Source: Vicugna vicugna
Lineage: Eukaryota
Direction: 5' to 3'
NCBI GenBank assembly: GCA_013265495.1
Contig: MU058000.1
Location: forward strand, 2,232,001-2,296,000
DNA length: 64,000 nucleotides
The position numbers and the translations under genes are program-made. The notes below the pieces were generated by a model. The model saw nothing but the letters and a program-made list of their open reading frames with translations. It searched no databases and had not been told where the DNA came from. Position 1 is the first letter of the stretch, and each line of letters begins with the position of its first letter. This document shows positions 24,600 to 35,864 of the stretch, piece after piece.

Positions 24600-25114
24600 T
24601 GTTGTGACTTTGCTAAATTAAGATTTGTTAAGAGGAGCCCAGGGTGCCAGATGATGAGCTGAAACTCAACAAGAGACCACAAGAGAAACTGAAATAGAGA
24701 CGTTTATCATTCACGGGTCCTGCAGGGTGTACGGGTCCTGCCTCGAGGGGGCACACAGGGAGGGCAAAGTGGAGGGCAGAAGAGAAAGGGGCAGGACCAG
24801 GGGCACATGTCTTTATTAGCGTCCGTGGGTGAAATGCTTTTGGGTTCTCAGGCCTGAACTGGATAGGTCAATTTAATCCGAAAGAACAGGGGTTTTGGTC
24901 AGCCCCCCAAGGGTCTTATTTAAGCAGCACGTAGGCACAAGGCACTGGGAAGCAGGAGAGACTGTTCATCGCTAGGGCTTTTGGGGAAGTCCTAGCAGGA
25001 ACTCACATTTGCTTCTGACTCCATGGTTAATATCTGGAGCATGTGTTTTTTGGGGGGCTAGTGTAAGTTTAAAGTGCAATACCATGGAGTAGCTTCGCTA
25101 AACTCTTGACAACA
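24600..25114 (-). mobile_element. Solo LTR (ERV class I/III, family unresolved)
   Basis: Ends tgttgt...acaaca (terminal inverted repeat); GC-richer island inside an old L1; antisense polyA-like 'gtttatcattcac' near the left end. Confidence 0.7.
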
Positions 25115-26539
25115 CTCAGTCAAAATGCAGTGATTTTTAGACCATTTACAAAAGTTTATGTAGTCTAAAAGAGACATGCTTTAAATACAAAACCCAAATA
25201 GACTGAAAGTAACAGCATGAAAAAAAAAGATATGCTGTGTAGGCAGTAAGCTGAAGAGAGTTGGAGGTGTCATATTTGTATCAGTAAAAAACAGGCTGCA
25301 AGAGAAGGAAGGAGAATTACTAAAAACAAACAGGAACACTTAATAGTGATGAAAGTATCAATAAATAGAAAAATATAGCGTAAAACATATATGTGTCTAA
25401 TAACACATTCAGAACTGAAAGGGGGAATCAGCGTGAATGGAACTTTCTAAGTATTTCCTACATAAAACTAGCCAAAGTAATAGTAGTAATAAAGATGTAG
25501 AAGATTGAAATGACATTATTAAGTACCTTTTAATCCGCTGACATTTACAAAAAGATTACATATCCAAACTGCAGAATGCACATCTGTTAGAATATGTGTG
25601 AAAAGAAAGTACTGAATTCAATTATTTAAGCTACCTTTATAGGCAGCATAAAAAATAAAGAGAAAATTTAATATTAAATAAATGGACGGATACATATAGA
25701 TTATAAAAATAGAATAAAACAGAAATAAAAAATAAAATGCAATTCTTTAGAAGGATCAAAAAAGGCCACCACAGACACAAAAATGCTCACCATCCTGTCA
25801 CAAGGAAAAGACCCTTTCAGCCAGAATGAGACACTTCTATATGCCCATTAAAATGGCTAACATGAAAATTACTTGTAATGCCAGGTGTTAGAGGGAAAAT
25901 GGAAAAACTGAAATTCTCATACACTGATGAACATCAAAAATATTTCACTGTTTGAAAGAAGTCAGACACACAAGAGCACATGCCATACGATTCCCATTGC
26001 ATGGCATTTAAAACAATGTAAACTTTTATAGTGACAGAAAGCCAACCGGCGATTGCCTGGAGACTGGGAGAAGAGAGAGGGATTAACTACAATGTGCTTG
26101 AGGAAACGTCTGGGGTGATAAAAATGTTCTGGATTGTGACTGTGGCTGGAGTTCGTGGTTGTGTATGTCCATCTAACTCATTGCATTCTGCACATTAGAT
26201 GGTGCAGTGTATTGTATGTCACTTACACCTCAATGCAGTTTGTTTCAGAAATAAATGGAAAACAAGGTAAATAAAAAGATTAAACCATTGGTCATGAGAA
26301 GACTGGATCATTTATTCTAGAGTCAAGTCACTGCAAGGGAGATTTGTGTTGTTGAGAGGAAGGTATTTAAGGAAAAGAGAAGAAAGGATCGATTATTGAA
26401 TGGCTTGGGACAGGAAATTTACCAATGTACTCAATTTCCACAATGGTATTCTAACAAGGATGTGCTCGCCACCTTAAATCTGAGAACACTGTTCAATAAC
26501 ACATTATACTAGATCACAGAAGAGTAAATGGTAGGTCAC

Positions 26540-27210
26540 TCAGATCTTAAAAATAGTGCTCTTTGTTACATCTCAGCCCTCTTTGTTGCCTGCTGCTCAC
26601 AAAATAGCTTGTGAAAATATTATGAAAATGGCTTTTAAAGACCTTCTTTGTTTTTATCAGTAAACAGCCGAGAGTAACACAAATGGGTGATAGACTTTAG
26701 AAAGCAAAGAGAGTGGATTTATTTATTTTAATTCCATATTAAAATCTGTTGCTGTTGCTAGCAATGTTGTGCTGGTCAAGGTTTAAACAACCAGTTTGGT
26801 AGAAAGGGAACAAGAAAAACCTGAGCTTGGAGCGTTTGATGATTTGCATGGTGTGAATATTCCCAGCATGATGATTTCAAGCTACAATGCAAATGCCAAG
26901 TTGGGAAGAAATGTGAACAATTGGTTCTTCCCCCTACCCTACTCTCCCACCCACCCCTACCTCCTGCTGGTGCAAAGCAGCTCCAATGCATCACTGCTTT
27001 TAGCCTGCGTAATAAACAGGATGGATGGAGATTTGTTAAGTTTATTTTCCTTCGCAACTTTTTCATTAATAGCGAATATCTTTGGCAGGTGTTAAGTTGA
27101 GTTTCATGCACTCATTAATAGAACTGAAACTCATTAGCAGATTTGCATTACTTACAAGAAGGACATTTCCTGATAACAAGGTGATCTAGTGCATCAACAA
27201 ATCAGGTGAC
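26540..27210. promoter_or_regulatory. Candidate developmental enhancer (octamer/SOX/homeobox-rich unique block)
   Basis: Octamers at 26842-26849, 26887-26894 and 27141-27148; several ctttgtt/aacaat and cattaat/cattag motifs; no repeat similarity seen. Confidence 0.4.
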
Positions 27211-27313
27211 TTCATTCTCCAAACACATCTCTTTATGTGATGGTACGTTTATAAAAGGAACTTCAGGCCTTCCTTGATTCATTTTTTTCCCAGCTCATTT
27301 TCTGTCCTTCAGA

Positions 27314-27414
27314 AATCCTGATCAGCTTTGCTAAGAACACACATCTCACCCCTTCTCACCTTCTCGTGGTGAGAAGGGGTGAGATGTGTGTTCTTAGCAA
27401 AGCTGATCAGGATT
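27314..27414. repeat. Perfect 47-bp inverted repeat with 7-nt spacer (hairpin/cruciform)
   Basis: Left arm 27314-27360 aatcctgatcagctttgctaagaacacacatctcaccccttctcacc; loop ttctcgt; right arm 27368-27414 is its exact reverse complement. Confidence 0.98.
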
Positions 27415-27551
27415 CATTCCTGATTCCACATTCACTTTGGCACAATTCGAGCATTGCACCAGCCCCCTGACCTGCCTCTCGTCCACTCTCACCCTCCCGT
27501 GGTCTAGTCTAAATTAAGTTGTCAGCATGATGTGTCTAACAACTCAGTGTG

Positions 27552-27757
27552 TTTTTTTTTATTGAAGTATCAATAAAATTAGTATCAACTGACTTAAAAT
27601 ACTCATGAATTTCAAGCATGCAACATAGTGATTCACCATTTTTATAGATCATACTCCATTTAGAGTTGCTACAAAATAATGAGTTTATCTCCCTGCGCTG
27701 TACAGTATATCCTTGCTGCTTATCTACTTTTTATATAGTAGTTTGAAGCTCTTAATC
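27552..27757 (-). mobile_element. L1 3' end (artiodactyl-type), antisense
   Basis: T tract then 'attgaagtat...caacatagtgattca...tccctgcgctgtacagtatatccttgctgcttatcta.tttt.tatatagtagtttg..ctcttaatc'. Confidence 0.85.
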
Positions 27758-28689
27758 TTATTGTTATCTGAACCCTGCTTAGCTCAAATCCCTTTTGTGA
27801 TTCTGCATCACATTCACGGTGAAGGGCAAGGTCTTCATGAAGCCCTACAACAGGGGACCACAGGGTAGGCACCCCTGTCTCCTCTCTAGCTCCATCTCCT
27901 GTTACTCATCCCCCTCACGCATGGCTCCTCTAATGCCCCTGACACTCTCTGCCTTAGGCTGCTTTCTTGGTCTGCAACTCTCTCCTAGATTCCCATAGAG
28001 TTGCCACCTTCATTTCCTCCATGTCTTTGCTCAAATTGCCTTCAGAGTGAGGTCTTTCCCTCTGCTTTCTTTAAAATTGCCCACCACCTCTCTCTTCCTC
28101 CAGCCTTGCCCTCTGCCCAACCTCTCCTCCTTTCCTGCTTTATTTTCCCCACAATACTTATAGCCTTCTAATCACTATTAAATTTACCCATTTATTGTGT
28201 TAACTGTGCCCTAATTCCTCACTGCAGTGGTATACAGTATCTTGTCAATTGTAGATGCTCAATACTATTTTTAAACATAAGAGTGAATTGTAATGTTAGT
28301 AATACATTCACCATGCATTTAGGGAAACATCTGATTATAGTCTTTGTCTTGTTTCCCATTAGAGAATTGCCTTTGTGTCTAAGAAAAAAATTTCCTGAAG
28401 CAAAACATTAAGTAAAATTTTATTTCATTTTATTAAATAAAAGCAGTTCGGCCCAGAAGAAAAAGATATGCCCAAATCTCTATTGCTGGAAATGGAGCAG
28501 AAAAAGAATGACAAAACTCTGAGTTAACTACCATAGGATTTTGCGCACGCTATAAATAGTTATTAAGACCTCATATACAGTGTGAGTGGGGCTCTCAGGG
28601 GCCCTGCTATTGGGTGGAGTCCTGATGAAAATGGATTTCTTTAGAACGAGTGATAATTCTTTGTAAATACAGCTACGTGAATAGTCTTA

Positions 28690-29061
28690 CAAGTCAGGGT
28701 TCATCCAGAGAACCAGTAGGAGATTATATATTTAGAGACTTATTGCAAGGTATTATACAATTGTGGGGTCTGGCTAGAGAAGTCTGAAATCTGTTGGGCA
28801 AGCTGAATGGAAGGGCTGCTTGAAGCTACAGTTTACAGGTAGAATTTCTTCTCCTAGGAAATCTCATTTCTGCTCTCAAAGACTTTCAACTGATTGCATT
28901 GTGTCCACCCAGCTTGTTAGGATAATCTCCTTCACTTAACGTCAGCAGATTATGAACATGAATTACATCTACAAACTACGTTCACAGCAACACCTCCATT
29001 AGTGTTTGGTTGCTTAACTGGGGACCGTAGCCTAACCAAGTTGAAGCATAAAACCATCCCA
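28690..29061 (-). mobile_element. MLT2-type (ERVL) solo LTR
   Basis: 'gtcagggttc.tccagagaaccagtaggaga..gagacttattgcaagg', 'catctacaaactac.ttcacagcaacacct..attagtgtttg..taactgggg..cgtagcctaaccaagttga..cataaaac'. Confidence 0.85.
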
Positions 29062-29349
29062 AGTACGGACTGAGCTTTCAGTCTCTCTCTTTCTCTTGCT
29101 CTCTTTCTGCCTGCGGTATCCTTTTTCATGCCCTCACATTCAATGCCACATTTTTGGAATTATGTCTTTATTTTACTGGGAAATATACTGTCAGTTTCTT
29201 TGGCCCGTTAAAAATTCATGCCATCTGTATCAAAACTCAGTACAAATATGCAGCATCCTGCAATCAATTCTGTAAAGTCAATTGTGTTGAGTGATACAGG
29301 ACTTCAGTTCTCTGTCCCTCACTTTCTAATCCGTTACTTGTTACTCATG

Positions 29350-29503
29350 GATGTACTGCAGAATCATTCAGAGAGCTGTAGTAACATAATCGTGTATCAG
29401 ACCCCTAAAACTGAAACTTCAGAATTGGCGCTGAGGAATGCACAATTTTAAATAAAATACTTCCCCCAGATGATTCAGATACACAGTCAGTGCTGAGAAC
29501 CGT
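29350..29503. mobile_element. MER5-like hAT-Charlie MITE
   Basis: 'gaatca.t..gagagct...cagaccc...tcagaat..ggaatgcacaattttaa..aa..ttcccc.agatgattc.gatacacag...tgagaacc'. Confidence 0.65.
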
Positions 29504-29951
29504 GTTATAAATTGCACGGGTGTTCATTTGTGCTCTTTCCTAAATACAGCTAAATAAAAGATTTTAAAAAGTTTTCTCCTTTTCTTCTTAATTATTTTCC
29601 TTTTTTCATTTTTAGTAAAGGTGAAGATAGAGTGCTTTTCAGAGCAATCCTTTGCTTGGAATTCAACCTGAAAATAGATTTTTTTTTTTTAAAGAAGAGT
29701 CAACATGAAACTATATGTGAGGTATCAGTAAGCACACAGCCTGACCTTCCATAAAAGCCCAGGGAAGGTCGGTCTTCAATATTATCTGTACTGTGTTAAA
29801 ATTACACTCCCCCACAGCTGCCAATCTATATCACATTTTCCCAAGAGGGACTATATCCAAAGGAAGAAGGTTTCAACTTTATTAAGTAGTGAGGACTTCT
29901 AGCCCCATTGAACTGAACCACATGGGGATGAATCTGTTTTTCTTAGAATTT

Positions 29952-30492
29952 TCTATTAGTCAAGCTTCTCCAGAGAAACTGAATATATGTGTGTGTGTGT
30001 GTGTGTGTGTGTATCCATATATACATGAGGAGATTTATTATAGGAATTGTCTCACGTGGTTATGGAGTCCAGGAATTCCCACAGTCTGCTGTCTGCAAAC
30101 TGGAGACCCAGAAAAAGGCCTCTTGTAAAGTTTTAACCCAAGACCGAAGGCCAGAGAGCCAGGGGAGCTATGGTGTGATTATCACTCCAAGAACCAAAGA
30201 GCTGCTGGCGTCTAGAGTCAAAAGGCCTGAGAACCAGGACCTCTGATGTCTGAGGGTGAAAAAGTTGGACATCTCAGCTCAAGAAGAGAGAGGAAGTTCA
30301 TCCTTCAGGCCCCTCGTAGACTGGGTGAAGCCCACCTAAACTGGTGGGGGTGGCTGTCTTTACTCAGCGTACTGAGACAAATGCTAAACTCTTTAAGAAA
30401 TACCCCCCCAGACAGACCCAGAAATAATGTTGTACCAGCCCTCTGGGTACCCTTTCGGCCAGTCAAGTTGACACGTAAAATTAACCATCACA
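29952..30492 (-). mobile_element. MLT2B/C-type (ERVL) solo LTR with internal (TG)n
   Basis: 'tattagtcaagcttctccagagaaac..gagatttattataggaattg.ctcacgtggttatggag..cccacagtctgc.gtctgcaaactggagacccag...ccagtcaagttgacacgtaaaattaaccatcaca'. Confidence 0.92.
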
Positions 30493-31033
30493 ATTGTCAA
30501 TCCTGATGTTTCCACAAATGTGTAATTGGTCTATCAGGGGCAAGAGCTGACCTTTTCACAGGAGCAACCACAGATGAGAGCAGGAAAGGTCAGTGTGGCA
30601 GCAGCATCATGATGTGCATTAGCAAAGCAACTGGATCACTCCCAGGGTCTTTCTTTTATCTTGATGTTGGAAATATGTTTACTTCCATTTATACCTGTGG
30701 TTTAAACATATATATGGTCTCACCTTAGATTTTCTTTATTCTTAGGTAAAGAAATAACCCCCCACACTACAGTGTTTTGAAGTAGCATTTGTCACAAGCA
30801 AGTGATATTTATATGCAAAACAATTCAGGAAAAGCGCATGAAACTCTTTGCTGGGGAAATGCAGTGAAGTTAACGACTAGCTGTTAATTAGCGCTCCCAG
30901 GACCCACCCGGTTACAATAGCCAAGGGTAGTCTTTCCAGGAATAGTTAGTTTCAAGCATTAATTGCTATTATAAATTGTTTTCTCCAGTTCCAAAAGGAC
31001 CATTGTTTACTACAGTAACAGAAGATAATCACA

Positions 31034-31053
31034 ACTTAGCCAATTGGCTAAGT
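31034..31053. repeat. Perfect 20-bp palindrome
   Basis: acttagccaattggctaagt equals its own reverse complement. Confidence 0.95.
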
Positions 31054-31764
31054 GCTTTAATAATTTCAGAGATTTAGACTTTACATGCTAATTTATTGAA
31101 GATTTTTGAGTAGTTTTCCAATAGACATCAGTGACTAAAAGAGATGTTATCTCTACATTTGTTGAGAAATCAAGTCTTAATTTACTACTAGAAAGTGCTA
31201 CAGAAGGCACATTTTTGTTCATATGGAAGGGATGATGATGATGATGACGAAGATTATGAGGATAATGGAAATGGCCACTTGCAGGGAAATGGAAACTGTT
31301 CAAATGGAACCCATCATTTTGGCGCTGGTCTCATTTATTAGCATGTAAATTTATTTTGATGGAGACTATATAATATTAGCTTTTTAATAATTTAAATATT
31401 TAGGATAAAAAGACCAGCAACTCCTGTTGACCAGTTTCATTGTAAAATAGAGCTACAGAAGTGTATTCATTTTGAGTGGTTGAAGGTGCTGGCTTTGCCA
31501 AAGGAAAGTCAAGAAGGAATGAAGGAAGGAATGAAAAAGGAATGAAAAAAAAAAAAAAAGAAGAAATCAAAGTAACAGGATGAATTTATTTTACTCCTCA
31601 AAAAGACCAGTTCTGAGTTGAAAATTGTTCTTAATCTGCCCAAATTTTCTTTTTAAAATGTACTTATTATACCATTGATGAGGTCAAGCCGTATCCTCCT
31701 GTCACTGGTAGGTCTAAGAAATCTGTGGTGAGGAACTTTCTTATTTACCTGAAGCCTCTTTATT

Positions 31765-31787
31765 GTGTGTGTGTGTGTGTGTGTGTG
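31765..31787. repeat. (TG)n microsatellite
   Basis: Direct reading. Confidence 0.95.
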
Positions 31788-34700
31788 ATGGGAAAAGCTG
31801 AGAGTAAGACAGAGAATTCACTTGGGGGCAGACATCATGAGGAAGGTGTAGTCAGCCTTGGATAAGGAATAATTGCTAAGAATCTACGAGGCAAGAGTTC
31901 AAAGAAGAGTTTTGCCCGGGAAACTCAGAAGGAAGGCATTCTTGAGAGTTATTCTTTGTGAAATGCCTTCATTGCCAAGTTGAACTTGAACTTGATGAGC
32001 CATGGAATATGAACAACTAGCCTGCTCAACTTACAAAGTTGAATAGTTTCAGCAGAATGGCTTGGGTATGGTTGGGGATGTCTGCCATCAATAATACATT
32101 GCCATGTGTAAGGAGGTTATCTCTCCTGAAAAACTAGAAACCATCCCACTAATGTCCAAATGAAAATATTTAAACACACCGTTATCTCCAACATTATCTA
32201 TCTCCAATAAATTCTGTCATCATCTCCTTATCTCTAAAGTCCCAATGAGATATATCTTATATTAAACAAATACCAAGCATTTCTATATAAAGGAAGATGT
32301 ACTGTCTTTCAATTCAGTTGTCACATTATGTTTTTACTCCTTCAAATAAAATTAATCTAATTTCATTCAGGCAATCACTTTAAAGTTAAACAAAACTGGC
32401 CATCCCATAGGAATAAGACACTTCTTTATGGATAGAAACAGAAATCAGGAAATTTTCTAGTTATAATTTTTCCCAATCATCTTTAGGGAACCCCCCCTAT
32501 TTTTTTAATCTAGTTTTTATCAATTAGACTTTCTAGAACTATGTCCTTGCAAAATTACCTCAAAATATAGATTAATAATAATATACCAAGAAAAAATAGA
32601 CCACAAACATGGATGGATGTAATGGAAATTTTGCAAGGAGCTCAAAATTAGCTTTTTTTAAGTAGTAAAATCTGTATTTTATACAAATTAATTATTTCAA
32701 TGCAATTTCAATAGAAAGCACTTACTTTTTAAGACTGATAGTTGAAGTAGGTGAGACTGTTTTTGGTAAAATAAAACAGGAAAGGGACTTGGATTTACAT
32801 AGTGATGTGAAACATGTCATGTATTTAAATAACTGCTTCAGGTGTTAGCTAGTGCATGCACTGTGCCCTGCAGCAATTTCCTAATAAGAGAAAAATCTGG
32901 AGGGTAACTCACTACACTTGCAGAGGAATGAGATACCACCAGATATCAGTGATGACTGGACATTAAAGGGAAAAGCTATGACCCTTGTTGTGACCCTAGA
33001 TTCAATATGAATCCAAGTGACATGTTTTAATGTCTTGCATTACGCAGTACATGAAAAATGAGTATTGATACCAAGACGAGGAAGTAAAACTACGAACCAG
33101 TTCCTCCCATTAAAACAGAGATTAATACAAGCAAGTGAAGAACATTCAGATGCTTGGAACTTTTAATTTTCACGGGATATTAATTTTCATAACACAATTC
33201 AAAACCTTTTAAAAAGTAAATTAGATTTTATTCAACCTAGACTTTTGCATTTGAATACATTTCATAAAAGTTGTCAAGGTGGTTCTTCCTCTTAGAAGTA
33301 TTTGCATTATATTCTAAAGAAATAGAGTTTCAGCTTTAGATCTTAGATGGTAATATTTCATTCATTTAAATAGACGGACTTTTGAGTTAAACCTCCATTT
33401 AAGTCAATAAATTAGGAAGTTTCACGGACTGTTACCTCAAAGAATATAATGTGTCTTTGAAAGATACATATATATATATGGACATTTATATGGATGTATA
33501 TATAGGAGAAAGAGGGGTGAGGTGGAGAGAACGCACGTGCAAATGAGCCTGGGTACCCAGAGAAGGCAGAAAAGAGAACTGTCCAAGACGTTGACTTAGA
33601 GCATCAGTGTTATTTCTTCTTGATGAAGGCAACTGTTGGAAGTTTGGGATTTTGGAAGTGCAGTATCAGAGGAAAATGAACTGAAGTTCCTTCTTTTTAA
33701 GAGTCATTGCCATATGGGTCATGTCTGTGGTTATGGTTCCAATTCTAATGCTACCATCACATGGAAGATACAGGCAGCGTTGGTGACAGCCTGGTGACAT
33801 TCTTTGGATACGGTTGTAATTGTGGTCCTTCTTCATCCTTCCTTGTAAAGTGAACCCACTGTTGGTCCTTAGTGGGTCCATTTCTTTTTACTTCAGGGCT
33901 TTTGTTGAATATAGGTTGCTGTTACCATGGTATCACAGGCACTAAGCTACTTAGTCATAATAAAGCCCTTCTGAATTTTAATGGGTACATTATTCTGTGA
34001 CTCTACTAATAATTTATTCATTTACTTATTCAACAAGAACTTAGTGCCTCTTCCATGTCAGCAGTTACCCAGACACTGGAGCAGTTTCTCCGTTACCTTG
34101 AGACACATGAATGTTAATAAGAATTAAAACAAGGCAGAGCTTAATCATAATGAAATGTCACACATGCTAAAGCAATGAGCTAATAATGAATTATATACAG
34201 TTACATAGGCAAATACATTAATATAATAGGATAAATGTGCAGTGTCTTATAATAGTGAGGTTACATATAACTTACAGTTTCTTAAAAATATAACAAATAA
34301 AAGTACAGGGAGAAAAAACAAACGTCTTGACCACCACCACCCTTGAGATGCTGTCCCATTTCTCTGTTCTTCTTCACAGCAAAACTCTTCCAAAATACTG
34401 TCAGTATTTCTGGTAACCCTCTCCCTTGTCCCATTCTTGACTTTGGATTTTTTTTTTTTAACTGAATTCCACCAAAAGAGTTCACATGAAGATTTATCTT
34501 GTCAAAGTCTATCTATATTTTAAAAATATATAAACTAGAAGACAAAGATGTAAAACACTGCTGGATCTTTATTGTTTGTGTTTTGATTTATAATTGGTAT
34601 TTAAATAATTGTTCATCATATATTCTTTTGCTAAGGGTATATCTCATTATTGGACAGAATTAATTTAATTTCATTGTTTCATTTCCTAAAACCAAGATCT

Positions 34701-35030
34701 TTTACCTGCTGCCTTGCCATTCTCATCCTAAGTTCGGATGAATTTGTTAGGCTGTTAAAACTTGGCACATTTTAGGCAACATTTTGCTTCTGTTAAATGA
34801 TGATATCGTTGTACTGAAAATGATATCTTTGCTTAATAAATTAAAAGTAAACAAAATAAACTAGTTATGCTGAATGGTGTTGCAGGAACTGCAAAGGGGT
34901 GAGAAATTATTTTAGATATCTTCTTTCTAGTCTTATTAAAAAACAACAACAAAAAAGAAAACAAAAGTTAATTTATGTCCAGTGGGGGTGGGAGGACCTT
35001 GTCACTTAACAGTAAAAAATCTATAAAAAT

Positions 35031-35674
35031 TGTCGGAGCCAGCCGACAATCGATCAGGTCCAGAAACCTATGCTGCAGGACTGAGAAAAGAAAGACAAGA
35101 CTAGAAGGTGGGGTTGAGAGGGTCTCACTCTAGCCCGCAAGACGCTAAGTCAAGAGTGGACCTCGAGTTTATTTCAGGCAGTTAATTTATACAAATTCAA
35201 GTGACTACCTTGTGCAGTGCATAGTGCATTCTTGCACGTAGGCACAGGTATTGTTTTATGGTTTAAACACAGTGTGTACTAAACTCACTAACTTGTGCAT
35301 AGTTCTATAGATCAATGTTGTTTATAATACTCATAAACTAGGGTATATGTTCCCACATACCAAGATCACTAACTAAGGTTGTTGTTTCTCTAAGCTAACA
35401 TCGTGACTCGTGTACTATTAACTCAGGTGATTGTTCTTCAAGCTAAGATCACTAACTTGTGTGCCGATTGTATCTCTCCTTCCAAAGGTCCTTAGTGACT
35501 TAATAGCTCAGGATGCTCCTCAGGCTCTAATGCACCTGGTGCATTCTTCAAAGGGGTGGCGGGACAGAGATTGTCTTTGTTAGAATCAACCTCAGAGCCT
35601 GACGCCCTGCACAGTGGGAGTTTAGGCCCAACCTCTGTGCTCGGCAGTCCTCAGGTTATGAGTGGCCCCCCGCA
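35031..35674 (-). mobile_element. Young ERV2/betaretrovirus-like solo LTR (644 bp)
   Basis: TG...CA ends (minus strand begins tgcgggggg and ends ccgaca); perfect 6-bp TSD aaaaat at 35025-35030 and 35675-35680; minus-strand TATAAAT (35185-35191) closely followed by AATAAA (35168-35173); many CpGs retained. Confidence 0.9.
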
Positions 35675-35864
35675 AAAAATGACTTTTATTTTCCAATCCA
35701 ATACCAAAAAATTATACTAAAAACAGATTTGTAGAAACATCACAATTCTGCCTTGAGAGTAAAAAAACGTATAAAATACCTGAGAATCTTTAAGAAAGAT
35801 TACATTTTCTTTGATCTTTTGTTAAAGTAATTTTTAGTGGGATGAAAGATAGAAAACTAGAGTA

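Larger units (their letters stand above)
23290..26250 (+). mobile_element. Composite old L1 (ORF1 end, ORF2 start and 3' UTR fragments) hosting younger insertions
   Basis: 'gagaattctttatctggcaaa', 'ctccaagaaatgctaaaag', 'aagagacatgctttaaatacaaa..aaatagactgaaagtaa', and L1ME-like 3' end 'gaaagaagtcagacaca..gagcacatgccatacgattcc...ttacacctcaat'. Confidence 0.7.
27270..28290 (+). mobile_element. L2 LINE 3' region, interrupted by an inverted duplication and an L1 tail
   Basis: 'gaaatcctg.tcagct...cccttctcacc', 'gctcaaatcccttt..gattc..catcacattca.ggtgaa.ggcaaggtc', 'gtctttgctcaaat.gccttc.gagtgaggtctttccc', terminal 'gtagatgctcaata.tattt'. Confidence 0.8.

Noticed and set aside
26776..27111. Overlapping 99-aa and 111-aa ORFs
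   Set aside because: No recognisable protein similarity or clear splice boundaries; better explained as a non-coding motif-rich block
31088..31303. His-rich 71-aa ORF
   Set aside because: Poly-His comes from a short (GAT)n microsatellite; no other coding evidence
31932..31970. Short inverted repeat gaaggcatt...aatgccttc
   Set aside because: 9-bp arms with a long spacer are expected by chance at this window size
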